In this document: in pieces, positions 11,632-21,341 of the stretch | Layout of the letters: each line of letters opens with the position of its first letter | How positions within the stretch are numbered: position 1 is the stretch's first letter | Assembly: GCF_054482525.1 (NCBI RefSeq) | Contig: NZ_CM137006.1 | DNA: 64,000 bases | Strand: one strand, 5' to 3' | Made by a program: the position numbers and the translations under genes | Notes under the pieces: model-generated | The model's input: only the letters and a program-made list of their open reading frames with translations | Told to the model about the DNA's origin: nothing | The model's database searches: none

Positions 11632-12764
11632 GACTGAAGATTCTCCGCAAGCCAGGTCGCCAGTTCGCCCGGCGTCATGGCGGCTATTTGTGCGCCGACA
11701 TTAACCAGCGCCTGGGCCGTATCGTGGTCATAGCAAGGTGTTGCGGTGCTATCGAGCGCCGCCAGTCCCAGTACTTTGATGCCGCTCTGGACACACTTTT
11801 TCACCTGATGCGTCAGTAATGATGATGAACCCCCTTCGTAAAAATCGCTCACGAGGATAATGACGCTTTTCGCTGGTTGTTCAATAAGTTGCCGACCATA
11901 TTCCATGGCACTGGCGATATTGGTTCCGCCGCCTAATTGCACTTTCATTAATAACTCTACCGGATCGGCAACGTCTGCCGTGAGATCAACCACGCTGGTG
12001 TCAAACGCCACCAGATGGGTACGAATACCGGGTAACTGCCATAAACAGGTCGCCATCACCGCTGAGTGGATCACCGAGTCCACCATTGATCCGCTTTGAT
12101 CAACCAGTAAGACCAGTTGCCATTGTTCACTGTGGCGCTTAATGCGGCTGTTAAAGCGGGGGGATTCGATATACAACTTGCCGTGTTGCGGATGCCAGTG
12201 TTGCAGGTTGGCGCGCAGCGTACTTTTGAAATCAAAGTTTCGCGCCAGTGGAATAAATGAGCGGCGACGGCGATCGCGGACACCAGAAAAAGCCTGACGA
12301 ACTTCCTTTGCCAGTCGCGCCATAATCTCTTCAACAACCTGGTGCACTATCCGGCGGGCGGCAGCCAGCACTTCGGGATTCATCAGATGTTTAGTGTGCA
12401 AAACGGCGCGTAGCAGGCTTTCAGAAGGCTGCATACGTTCCAGCACGTCGAGATTCGTCACCACATCTTCAATGCCGTAGCGCAGTACGGCATCGCTTTC
12501 CAGCCGCTCGATCACCTGTTGCGGAAACAGCGTGTGAATACTGTTGATCCACTTAGGGGTGGTGAGATTTGAGTCACCTAATCCACCGGAGCGTTCACCA
12601 CGCTGGAGCCGTTCAGGATCGCGCCCATACAGCCACTCCAGCGCGTGGTCTATCTGCCGGGCATTGTCATCCAGCCCACAAAGGGTCGTTTCTGCCGCTT
12701 CGCCAAGAATTAATCGCCAGCGATGTAGCTCACGGGTGGTCAGAAGATCGTTCAGTTCAGACAT
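11628..12764 (-). CDS. yehP: von Willebrand factor A (VWA) domain protein
   Basis: 378 aa from the internal Met MSELNDLL. The VWA MIDAS-like motif LVLLVDQSGSM is present. The longer 454-aa frame lies inside yehM and was rejected. Confidence 0.75.
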   Translation of the reverse strand: MSELNDLLTTRELHRWRLILGEAAETTLCGLDDNARQIDHALEWLYGRDPERLQRGERSGGLGDSNLTTPKWINSIHTLFPQQVIERLESDAVLRYGIEDVVTNLDVLERMQPSESLLRAVLHTKHLMNPEVLAAARRIVHQVVEEIMARLAKEVRQAFSGVRDRRRRSFIPLARNFDFKSTLRANLQHWHPQHGKLYIESPRFNSRIKRHSEQWQLVLLVDQSGSMVDSVIHSAVMATCLWQLPGIRTHLVAFDTSVVDLTADVADPVELLMKVQLGGGTNIASAMEYGRQLIEQPAKSVIILVSDFYEGGSSSLLTHQVKKCVQSGIKVLGLAALDSTATPCYDHDTAQALVNVGAQIAAMTPGELATWLAENLQS

Positions 12765-15036
12765 GGAAAACTCCCCAGTGTTGCAGCGATGCCAGTGCCT
12801 GCTGTTCGAGTTGTTGATGATGTGCAATGGCTTGCGGTGGACAATGCAACGGCATTTGCAGCGCTGAAACGGGAAGCTGTGCGAGCTGGTAATGCTCAAG
12901 CACCTGATGCGCCAGCGTCCCGCGTTCTCGTGGTGGTAGCCAGGCCATCGCCGCACGCAAATCGGGCAGGGCGTTAATAAAATCGTCGTCACTCAGTTGA
13001 TTTAAATGACTACTGAAACCGGCGATAAATGCCGGCTGACAGGCCAGTTGATGGCGGGCCAGCGCCAGCAAACCGTGCAGTGCCTCGCCGGATTGTGCCG
13101 GGGATAATTGCGCCAGCATCGTCAGCGCCGCTTCGGCACTGGCGTTGGGATGTTCCAGACGCATCAGTGCGCCAAGAGCCGCGCCGCGATCCAGCGCCGA
13201 GGCATGAATCGCCTGACTGCGGCGCTCAAGTAAGGCTACCGCCGCAGAAAGCGAAACGCCGGGTAAATTAACGCCGCTATGTAGATCGCGCAGGATATGG
13301 CAAAGCGCCTGCCAGCTATGCAGGTGAGCGTGAAACTCCTTTTCCTCCGGTCTGCCGTTGGATTCACACAGCCAGAGTGTGCGATCGATAGCCGCGCATA
13401 ACGTCGTCTGTAATATCTGCGCGCCTTGCATACCGCTAATTTCATCCAGCCGCCATAAGGCGTATAGCACTTCCAGCGCCTGGCCCATTTCGGCAAACTG
13501 ATTTTCCTGGGCGATTAATAATGTAAGTTGCTCCAGTAATTGTTGACTGAAGGACGCCAGACCCGCTAACGCCGCCTGGCTAAGACATGTGGTGATACTG
13601 CCGATTCCACCCGCGTCCAGCATATCGGCTTCTAATTTATTGCGTGCGGCTTCCTGGAGTGTGGCACCAAAGCAGGCGGCCTCAATTAATGCCGCATGTT
13701 GGCTAAGCGGGCGGGTTAATTTCCAGCGTTCTTCACCGTTGCCTGCAAGTGTCAGTGTACTTCCCTGCTGGCGCACAACCCCTGGGATCTCCAGTATTGC
13801 CAGCCGATGTAACACCTGACTTTGCGCTAGTCCATTGGGGTTAAAGCGATTTAAGGTAAGCTCCGCCGGAAGAGAGATTGCGGTACGTTCCAGTTCGCAG
13901 GTGACATCTTTTGGCAGAGGCGGTTGTGGCGTAGAAGGGGCAAGTTTACCGAATCCGTCACCCGCTAATGTGTCTATCAACGTTAGCAGAATCGGATCGG
14001 TATCGGGATGAATAACGCCGCGATAGCTCCACGGCAACGGCGCATTCAGGGCTTCTTTAATCAGCGAGCCTGCTATGGCATCCAGCCAGTCAGTGCGTAA
14101 CGGTAGTGTATGACCGCGCAACTGTGCCAGTGCCATCGCATGCAGATGAGCGGCAGCCATATCCGCTGTTGAAGCAGGCAAGTGGTGCTGGCGCAAACGG
14201 GTAAGAACCGTTTTCAGCAGTTGTTCACCTGCCTGCTGCAAGCCCCACCGCCAGCACCAGTTTTGCCAGACCGGGGCAGGCATACCGGAAAGGTATCCTG
14301 CCAGCACATCAAGGCGCTTTTCACTGTAGGGTGTGAGATAACAACCTGTAACGGCATCATCCAGTAAGAGCAATTCTGGCGTGTTAATTACCTGCGGACA
14401 TTCGCGCCACATTTTTGCCAGTGCCGGAGCGTGCCAGCCACCGCAGACAACTAACACGTCGCCATTATTTTGCTGCATCGCCCATCCAATCCAGCGGGCC
14501 ATAAAGGCTTCGCGCTGACGATTGAGAGCATCTCCGGGGGAGTCGCCCCGCAGTTGGGCAAAATAGTGCGCAAGTGCAGAGGGTAATGCAGTTTGCTGCC
14601 TTTCATCTTCGAACAAGTGATCCCACAGGGTGTCGCTGTTATCCATGCGGGTGGCACGCAGCAGCAAGGTCTGGCTTTCCTCTTGCGTATCAGGCGAATC
14701 GTCCTCTTCTTCACTCTGCGCCCAGCAAGGCAAATCGATGAAGTAAGTTTGTGCCTGAATACGACGAGCGGCTTGTAGCGCCTGCCACTCCGGCGAAAAT
14801 TCAGCAAATGGCGTCCAGGCACCACGCCCGGGGGCCGCACCGTCCTGATACTGGCAATAACTGTAAATAGCTACCGGAAGCTGGTGGGCTAACAACAGTT
14901 CGTCTACCCGGTCATTAAAATCAGCCGGGCCTTCAATCAACACATATCGTGGCCGCTGGCTTTCGATTAACGATTTCACCAGCCGGGCGCAGGCCGGACT
15001 ATGATGCCGGATGCCGACAATTAACGGCTCGCTCAT
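12757..15036 (-). CDS. yehM: large uncharacterized protein (DUF5682-like)
   Basis: 759 aa from MSEPLIVGIRHH. The start is chosen by spacing to yehL. It overlaps yehP by 8 nt. Confidence 0.7.
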   Translation of the reverse strand: MSEPLIVGIRHHSPACARLVKSLIESQRPRYVLIEGPADFNDRVDELLLAHQLPVAIYSYCQYQDGAAPGRGAWTPFAEFSPEWQALQAARRIQAQTYFIDLPCWAQSEEEDDSPDTQEESQTLLLRATRMDNSDTLWDHLFEDERQQTALPSALAHYFAQLRGDSPGDALNRQREAFMARWIGWAMQQNNGDVLVVCGGWHAPALAKMWRECPQVINTPELLLLDDAVTGCYLTPYSEKRLDVLAGYLSGMPAPVWQNWCWRWGLQQAGEQLLKTVLTRLRQHHLPASTADMAAAHLHAMALAQLRGHTLPLRTDWLDAIAGSLIKEALNAPLPWSYRGVIHPDTDPILLTLIDTLAGDGFGKLAPSTPQPPLPKDVTCELERTAISLPAELTLNRFNPNGLAQSQVLHRLAILEIPGVVRQQGSTLTLAGNGEERWKLTRPLSQHAALIEAACFGATLQEAARNKLEADMLDAGGIGSITTCLSQAALAGLASFSQQLLEQLTLLIAQENQFAEMGQALEVLYALWRLDEISGMQGAQILQTTLCAAIDRTLWLCESNGRPEEKEFHAHLHSWQALCHILRDLHSGVNLPGVSLSAAVALLERRSQAIHASALDRGAALGALMRLEHPNASAEAALTMLAQLSPAQSGEALHGLLALARHQLACQPAFIAGFSSHLNQLSDDDFINALPDLRAAMAWLPPRERGTLAHQVLEHYQLAQLPVSALQMPLHCPPQAIAHHQQLEQQALASLQHWGVFHV

Positions 15037-15046
15037 GCATCTTTCC

Positions 15047-16135
15047 TCACGGCAGGCGGTGGCGAGCTTGATAATAAGCCTGCCAGTGAGCTTCTTTATG
15101 TGTGGCGACGCGCTGTTCGAAGTAACGGCGCAGACGCGCGCGATCTTCTTCGTTATCTTTGACGATGGTTCCGGCAATACAGTCCACCAGGTCGGCAGGC
15201 TCCCCCGCGCGATTCGCTAAAAACCAGGCGCGGACACCCACAGCATGGGCCACGTTAACGGCTTCAGCGGTGGACATAATCGCTGTCAGTGTATCCATTG
15301 ACGTTTTCTTTTCGCCGTTGGCACGCAGATCGCGGAACGTGCGCACCAGTAATTCCAGTACCGTGTCAGGCACTTTATGCGGAATACCGCTATGGGCCAG
15401 CAAACGCGCCGAAGCACTGGCGACCAGTTCCAGCTCCTGGGCGAAATCCATAATCGGAAAGACAGTTTCAAAATCGAAGCGACGCTTTAGCGCAGCACTC
15501 ATTTCATTGACGCCGCGATCGCGGGTATTGGCAGTGGCAATAATATTAAAGCCTTCTCGCGCATAGAGCTGACTGGCTTCACCAGTGAGTTCCGGCACCG
15601 TCATTACCCTGTCAGAAAGCATACCTAACAGACAGTCTTGTACTTCCAGCGGTGTACGCGTTATCTCTTCAAAACGGACAATTTTGCCGTCGCGCATTCC
15701 CTGGTAAAGCGGGGCTGGGACCAGCGCTTCCGTTGACGGACCATGGTTGATAAGCAGGGCGTAGTTCCAGCCGTACTTGATTTGATCTTCAGTGGTAGAT
15801 GCGCCGCCCTGGATGGTTAACCCGGCATCGCCGCTAATAGCGGTTGCCAGTAATTCAGACAGGAGAGATTTTGCGGTGCCAGGTTCCCCCACCAACATCA
15901 AACCGCGCCCGGTTGCGAGAGTGACTAACATGCGTTCGACAGCGGAGGGGCTAATCACGACTTTACGGCTAATATTTTGTGCTTCGTCGCCAAGGATAAA
16001 AGCGCGGGCCGCAGGCAAACTTAACTGCCAACCTGGCGGGCAAGGTGCGTTATCATTTTGTTTTAATTTTGCCAGTTCATCGGCGTATAACACAGCGGCA
16101 GGCGGACGCTGCAGATGATTATTCTGCGGTGACAT
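15047..16135 (-). CDS. yehL: MoxR-like AAA+ ATPase
   Basis: 362 aa from MSPQNNHL. Walker A motif LMLVGEPGTAKS. The RBS aggga lies upstream. Confidence 0.8.
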   Translation of the reverse strand: MSPQNNHLQRPPAAVLYADELAKLKQNDNAPCPPGWQLSLPAARAFILGDEAQNISRKVVISPSAVERMLVTLATGRGLMLVGEPGTAKSLLSELLATAISGDAGLTIQGGASTTEDQIKYGWNYALLINHGPSTEALVPAPLYQGMRDGKIVRFEEITRTPLEVQDCLLGMLSDRVMTVPELTGEASQLYAREGFNIIATANTRDRGVNEMSAALKRRFDFETVFPIMDFAQELELVASASARLLAHSGIPHKVPDTVLELLVRTFRDLRANGEKKTSMDTLTAIMSTAEAVNVAHAVGVRAWFLANRAGEPADLVDCIAGTIVKDNEEDRARLRRYFEQRVATHKEAHWQAYYQARHRLP

Positions 16136-16242
16136 ATATTCATCCCTGAAATGTATTAATGAAATAAACGATATTTTACGCGCAATAAATGTTTGGCGCA
16201 TTAGTTGTTTGAGCGAAAAATATCTGGAAAGCAGATCACAGT

Positions 16243-16335
16243 AAATAAAAAAACCTGCTGGTGAGGCAGGTTCTTTGATTTACTACTTTCAGGCCTAACA
16301 CCACGGCCTGTGCAACATCGTGTTCCAACGAACGA
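16243..16335 (-). ncRNA. orzO: candidate OrzO antitoxin sRNA (antisense to the zorO 5' UTR region)
   Basis: A minus-strand intrinsic terminator (stem cctgcctcaccagcagg plus U-run ending near 16246) sits upstream of and divergent from zorO. This is the architecture described for zor-orz loci. The ends given are approximate. Confidence 0.35.
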
Positions 16336-16567
16336 ATTATAACCATCGGTGGACCCCGTTGCAATTAAGATAATGAGATTTATAATCCTGACTGTTGGGA
16401 CGTTGCGCCGGATCGAACCCATTTCAAGTCCTGGCTACCGGACGGGTGGTGCCGCAGGTAGTGCCCTGATCCGGAGTGCAACATCGTGGTCCAACATACG
16501 TAAACCAGTATCGACAGGCAGTGTAAGGGTAAGGTGCTGGTGTTGCGCTCCTTAATAAGGAGAGCGA

Positions 16568-16657
16568 ATGGACACGCTGACACAAAAGTTAACCGTGCTC
16601 ATTGCTGTACTGGAGCTATTAGTGGCTCTGTTACGGTTGATTGATTTGTTGAAGTAA
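16568..16657 (+). CDS. zorO: type I toxin, 29-aa hydrophobic peptide MDTLTQKLTVLIAVLELLVALLRLIDLLK
   Basis: Short ORF with RBS aggagag, immediately followed by a strong intrinsic terminator. The peptide matches my recollection of ZorO from E. coli O157:H7. Confidence 0.7.
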   Translation: MDTLTQKLTVLIAVLELLVALLRLIDLLK

Positions 16658-16678
16658 TGGGCAAATTGAAACGCAACT

Positions 16679-16709
16679 AAGGGGGAAAACCGCTTCCCCC
16701 TTTAATAAA
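16679..16709 (+). terminator. rho-independent terminator after zorO (gggggaaaaccgcttccccc + T-run)
   Basis: Perfect GC stem and U-run seen in the sequence. Confidence 0.75.
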
Positions 16710-16852
16710 ATGATTACATCTTCCATTAATTCACCCGATAACTTTTTTCATATTTATAAATTCATCGATTTTATAATCAACGTACTATTTGGCCGGGATG
16801 TGAATAATCATGGTGGGCTATTGGCGAAAAATATCTGGAAAGTAGATCGTAG

Positions 16853-16945
16853 AAAATAAAAGAACCTGCTGGTGAGGCAGGTTCTTTTATTTACTACTTT
16901 GATGTTAAGTTACTGATAGTGCAACATGGCATCTCAACGAACGAA
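16853..16945 (-). ncRNA. orzP: candidate OrzP antitoxin sRNA
   Basis: Counterpart of orzO in repeat unit 2. The terminator stem is conserved but the U-run is weaker. Confidence 0.3.
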
Positions 16946-17176
16946 TTATAACCACCGCTGGACCGTGTTGCAATTAAGATAATGAGATTTATAATCCTGA
17001 CTGTTGGGAAGTTGCGCCGGATCGAACCCATTTCAAGTCCTGGCTACCGGACGGGTGGTGCCGCAGGTAGTGCTCTGATCCGGAGTGCAACATGGCGACT
17101 CAACATACGTAAACCAGTATCGACAGGCAGTGTAAGGGTAAGGTGCTGGTGTTGCGCTCCTTAATAAGGAGAGCGG

Positions 17177-17266
17177 ATGGACACGCTGACACAAAAGTTA
17201 ACCGTGCTCATTGCCGTACTGGAGCTATTAGTGGCTCTGTTACGGTTGATTGATTTGTTGAAGTAA
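17177..17266 (+). CDS. zorP: type I toxin paralog, identical 29-aa peptide
   Basis: Second copy. Same ORF, RBS and terminator. Confidence 0.7.
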   Translation: MDTLTQKLTVLIAVLELLVALLRLIDLLK

Positions 17267-17287
17267 TGGGCAAATTGAAACGCAACT

Positions 17288-17318
17288 AAGGGGGAAAACC
17301 GCTTCCCCCTTTAATAAA
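17288..17318 (+). terminator. rho-independent terminator after zorP
   Basis: Same hairpin and T-run as in copy 1. Confidence 0.75.
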
Positions 17319-17387
17319 GTAATATTCTATTAGTTGGTTGAATATATTCTGTAGTTTACGATTAAAAATTGCTATTACAGTTTCAGG

Positions 17388-17639
17388 TTATTCACCTCGT
17401 AATTTCCGCTCATCAATACACTCATCTCTTATATAAATCAACGCATCATTTATTAGCGGGTCAACATCCTCTCGATCACGTTGATGAAATGTTGGACGTA
17501 GCCGGAACCGTTCCAGTCGGTAAACGGAACCTGTAAATAATTCAGAGCATTTATGGATCTCAAGTCTGAAGGAAAACGGATCTTCAGGTACAGGGACCTC
17601 ATAATTGTAAATAGCGACCAGCTCTTTTTGCACGCTCAT
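17388..17639 (-). CDS. yehK: small hypothetical protein at the position of yehK
   Basis: 83-aa ORF between the zor repeats and yehI. Assignment rests on position only. Confidence 0.35.
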   Translation of the reverse strand: MSVQKELVAIYNYEVPVPEDPFSFRLEIHKCSELFTGSVYRLERFRLRPTFHQRDREDVDPLINDALIYIRDECIDERKLRGE

Positions 17640-17699
17640 CGCTTTTCCCGATGGTAAGTCGTGTTGATAACGGGCAGTCGCATCACTGCCCGTTGTGTT

Positions 17700-20600
17700 T
17701 TAATGGAAAATGACGTCGGGTGCGCTTAACGCCTCACTCAAATCAAACACATCAAGTTCGGCAAAAGTGACAGATTTATTGTCACGGTATACATGAAGAG
17801 AACGGAAGCTCATTAGCGCTTTGCTATCAACATTGTAGTGGTTAAAACCGGATGAAAACTTAAGGACCAGCCGGTACTCGCCCAGGTCATAGACAAATGC
17901 GTTCTCATAGCCTGACTCCCAGCCTTTGTATCGCATTCCCATAAGTTGCCCAACGGTAGCAGATTTACCTTCCCAGCGATTCAAACTATTACTGGCTGAC
18001 TCGTCAGGCGTGAGCAGTACTGTGCGCCGTGCCAATTGGCGAAAAGGCGGCATAATTTCGTAATCGGCAAAAAGCTGTGCAAACTCACTGCGCATTTCTG
18101 CTGCCATTTCTAACGGGTGGGCAATGCCAATCAGAGCATCGGCAGGCAGGTCAATTGGCTCATCTTGCTCATTGCAGAACTCCCCCTCAGCGGCCACACG
18201 AAAGGCGTTGAGTAAACGACGCGGTTCATTTGCCGGATAAACACCCCATATTAATCGCTGAGTAACCAGACGGGTAAAGGGATGATTAACAAACAGAGAA
18301 TGAAAATCTGCCAGCGACCAGCGTCGGGTGGTGCGCAGGGCAGTTTCAAGACGCGGGAGCAGGTTTTTGCTCACCTGAGTGGCATCTTTTTTTAGCCCTT
18401 TTAGTCGGGCCAGTGCCTCGGGTGCTTTCAGTTGATCGTCATCGGCGCGCAACCGGGGAACGCTTTTCTGGCGAACGTTTTGCTGATCAAAGATAACCGG
18501 GTTAAGGTTTTCATCGAAGCGAACGGTAAATTGCCGTGGACCAAAATCAAAAATCAACGCCTGCGGATCATCAAGACCCAGTGTTGGGACTAATCTGTCC
18601 GCTAACTGTTCCTGGCTTAGCCCTCGATTTTCTGCGACCACCTGAAGAAATTCCGCCGCGTTATCACGTAAGGGGCGGGATTTCGCCCGTTGCGATATAT
18701 GATGCAGCTGTATCAGTGCCATATCATTATTCATCTGAGTAAGGATGTTCAGGCCGCTGACGGCACGGGCAGATTTGCCTTCCTGTGGCCAGGCAAGGAT
18801 CTGTGTTGTTAGATCCCGTGCCGTGCTTTCGTCGCCAAAGAGACTTAACGCCAGAAATGCCCAGTTGTCTTTTGCGGGAGCACCAGCTTGTTGCCACGCG
18901 GTGAAAAGATCCCAGGCAAAGGCTGCCAGCGTTTGCGGCTGGCAAAACGTTTTCAGCTGTTCCAGTCCGCTATAAAAACGTCCGCCCTGGGTAAAGCGCA
19001 GCATTTCGCCGATAATTTCCAGAGCGTCATCAGTAACAGGTTGATTATTCGTGATAAGGCGCGGCCTGGACCACATTGCCGGCTGCCAGAAATCAGGGGC
19101 TTTTGGAATGCGTGTCGGGTAAATCTCTATTGGACTCTGTTTAAGTAATTGCTCCAGGGCAGGCCATACATCTTTACGCTGCCAGCGGTTTGCCACGGTT
19201 TGCAGTAACTCGCCATGTCCCTGTTCGTAAAGTAAACGCAGGGCAAGTAATGCAGCTTCGCTATTATCGCTGGATTTGGTGAAGACAAGAGGGATAAGTG
19301 CAGTAGCTGTATGTTCCGGCCATTGTAAAATCCACTGGCGGGCCAGATCTCGCTGCGCCGCGAAACGTCGCCAGACGCGGGCAACGGGCAGGGCCAGTTC
19401 GGTTGCGCCGAAATTTAAAATTAACGGAAATGTTTCTTTTGGACGATGTGAAAAAGCCAACAGCAGACCTGGTAGAGCATCCAATCCGAAGATACTGAGA
19501 AAATAGTCCTCACCCGCAGACAGATGCTTTTTCTCATTGATACGTAGCCAGAAAGTCAAAGCCATCTCACGCGGCAACTGCGCCAATAAATACAGGTTCC
19601 AGATACTCTTTTCCCGACGATAGCGTGAGTAGCTGTCATTTTCCCATATGTTAATTAACACTTCTACGTGACCGCTGTGAAGCGCCTGTTCTGCTAATTG
19701 AGCTTCCGGGGAGCTCCAGCCATTCATGATCTCTTCAACCCGCCCTGGGTAGTAATGCCACTGAACAATGAGTGAATTGCGTGCAGCATCCAGTTTTCCG
19801 GGGAGTATATAATTCAAAAACAGCCATACATCATCTCCAAAACCCAGCTCCTGTAGTACAACTCGTCCACTTTTTTGTTCCATGCGTTCCGCAAGAGATT
19901 CCGTGCTGAAATAACGGGCAGACGCAGTGGCGGCAAGCCTCTCTCGTTCGCCTGGTTGCCAGTAAACTTGCGGCGTTAATTCGAACGGTGCCAAATCAAG
20001 ACGTGGAACTGTCATTTTTTTCTTACTACGCCACGGTGGTGAAACGAGGATTTCAGGCATTTGGCTGTTATCGGTGCTATCAATAACCGTTTTGGACGGT
20101 GCCGATAAATAACTATTCAGCATTGCCCGGGCTTGAGTACTTAACCACGGCATCACCTCTTCTGCCAGTTGTGGCTGCGATGCCATCAGCGTTTGTAACA
20201 GCGTACGCCAGTATTCATCGCGTGCTTTTTGCTGTGCAGGCAGCTTTTTGTCTTCAATGATTGGATAACCAGGGCGCGCAGGTGGTTCTTTTAACGCCAG
20301 CAGTTCTGCTAATGCGGCGAGCGTCGCATGGGGGAAGTTTTTACTGTATTTAGCCACACGTTGCAGGCTGGGTTTGTTTTTATCAGCAACTAACAGCAAG
20401 GTGCGGATGACTTGCGGATGGTTAATTTGTACCAGCAGACTGCCGCAATCTTCTTTATGGGCATACATCGCGAGGCGCGGAACGGCTGCCAGTCCTTGTT
20501 CGCGCAAAAGGGCGGCGCAGGCCGCGTAGCCGAAGCGGTTTTCTTGTGACATGTAGCTGGCTTCGCGATCGCTAAATACGTCCAGGCCCCAGTATCGTTC

Positions 20601-21332
20601 GAGTTTTTTTACCGCCGTATTATCAGTAGCAACGACCTTTAACCACTCCTTTGAATGGAGACTTGACCGGGAGCTTTCAAAACTGGCGAGTTCATTGGCT
20701 ATTTCAGGTTTTTCCGGGAGGATCAGCGCAATAAAAGGACGGCGAATTTTGGGTATTCCTGGCAGTGCGGCAATGAGTTTATCGGCACAACGCTGCCAGC
20801 AACTTTCCTCTGCCAGCGACAGATGCTTACGCAAACGGAGATCGAAATCGTTATAGGTCGCGGAGCCATAACCGTAGCTATAGTCCTCGTCCTGATACTG
20901 CAAAGTGACGACCAGTGAGTCACTCTCATAACGCCGCGCAATGCACTGACGCGATATCACTACATCCGTCGCATATTCCAGCCCCTCTTGTTGCACGATT
21001 TCATCAAGTAACTGCTGGCTGTCATTTTGCGCGATACAGATCAGAGCCGCCATGGTAAGGGCTGGGATTGACGGTTTATGCTCGCCAGTCAAATTGATTG
21101 CCTGCTGGATGGCGGACTGCCACTCCAGTGAGCATTTATCATAATTCCAGGTGATATTTTCCTTCTGGCCTGCTTGTTGTAGTAATTCATCTCCCAATGT
21201 CTGGATGAGACTTCCAGTGATAACGGACACTGGTTCGCCCGGCCAGCGACGATGACTGAGCGGCGTTTTGCCTTTTTTATATTTCAGTTCCAGTTGGGCG
21301 TTATCCGCCAGCCACGGTAATTCCTTGTCCAT
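17700..21332 (-). CDS. yehI: large DUF4132-family protein
   Basis: 1210 aa. Its C-terminal region is homologous to molR (shared segments such as LDD..L..DFGPRQFTV.FDE). It lies immediately downstream of molR with a 9-nt gap and RBS. Confidence 0.8.
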   Translation of the reverse strand: MDKELPWLADNAQLELKYKKGKTPLSHRRWPGEPVSVITGSLIQTLGDELLQQAGQKENITWNYDKCSLEWQSAIQQAINLTGEHKPSIPALTMAALICIAQNDSQQLLDEIVQQEGLEYATDVVISRQCIARRYESDSLVVTLQYQDEDYSYGYGSATYNDFDLRLRKHLSLAEESCWQRCADKLIAALPGIPKIRRPFIALILPEKPEIANELASFESSRSSLHSKEWLKVVATDNTAVKKLERYWGLDVFSDREASYMSQENRFGYAACAALLREQGLAAVPRLAMYAHKEDCGSLLVQINHPQVIRTLLLVADKNKPSLQRVAKYSKNFPHATLAALAELLALKEPPARPGYPIIEDKKLPAQQKARDEYWRTLLQTLMASQPQLAEEVMPWLSTQARAMLNSYLSAPSKTVIDSTDNSQMPEILVSPPWRSKKKMTVPRLDLAPFELTPQVYWQPGERERLAATASARYFSTESLAERMEQKSGRVVLQELGFGDDVWLFLNYILPGKLDAARNSLIVQWHYYPGRVEEIMNGWSSPEAQLAEQALHSGHVEVLINIWENDSYSRYRREKSIWNLYLLAQLPREMALTFWLRINEKKHLSAGEDYFLSIFGLDALPGLLLAFSHRPKETFPLILNFGATELALPVARVWRRFAAQRDLARQWILQWPEHTATALIPLVFTKSSDNSEAALLALRLLYEQGHGELLQTVANRWQRKDVWPALEQLLKQSPIEIYPTRIPKAPDFWQPAMWSRPRLITNNQPVTDDALEIIGEMLRFTQGGRFYSGLEQLKTFCQPQTLAAFAWDLFTAWQQAGAPAKDNWAFLALSLFGDESTARDLTTQILAWPQEGKSARAVSGLNILTQMNNDMALIQLHHISQRAKSRPLRDNAAEFLQVVAENRGLSQEQLADRLVPTLGLDDPQALIFDFGPRQFTVRFDENLNPVIFDQQNVRQKSVPRLRADDDQLKAPEALARLKGLKKDATQVSKNLLPRLETALRTTRRWSLADFHSLFVNHPFTRLVTQRLIWGVYPANEPRRLLNAFRVAAEGEFCNEQDEPIDLPADALIGIAHPLEMAAEMRSEFAQLFADYEIMPPFRQLARRTVLLTPDESASNSLNRWEGKSATVGQLMGMRYKGWESGYENAFVYDLGEYRLVLKFSSGFNHYNVDSKALMSFRSLHVYRDNKSVTFAELDVFDLSEALSAPDVIFH

Positions 21333-21341
21333 GCTCTTTCC

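Larger units (their letters stand above)
16213..16709. repeat. tandem repeat unit 1 (about 497 bp) carrying the zorO/orzO toxin–antitoxin module
   Basis: Near-identical second copy sits 611 bp downstream (16824..17318). Aligned by eye, the copies differ at only a few scattered positions. Confidence 0.85.
16824..17318. repeat. tandem repeat unit 2 carrying the zorP/orzP module
   Basis: Second copy of the roughly 0.5-kb unit. Confidence 0.85.

Noticed and set aside
11628-16201. Longer N-terminally extended reading frames for yehP (454 aa), yehM (806 aa) and yehL (384 aa) as listed in the ORF track
   Set aside because: The extensions run into the upstream gene and lack RBSs. Internal Met starts with Shine–Dalgarno sequences give tightly coupled operon junctions and the expected protein sizes.
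16201-17330. About 1.1 kb of duplicated non-coding DNA considered as an IS remnant, REP/BIME cluster or rRNA/tRNA-like element
   Set aside because: It has no terminal inverted repeats and no transposase. Each unit contains a short peptide ORF with RBS and terminator plus a divergent terminator, which is better explained as a type I toxin–antitoxin duplication.
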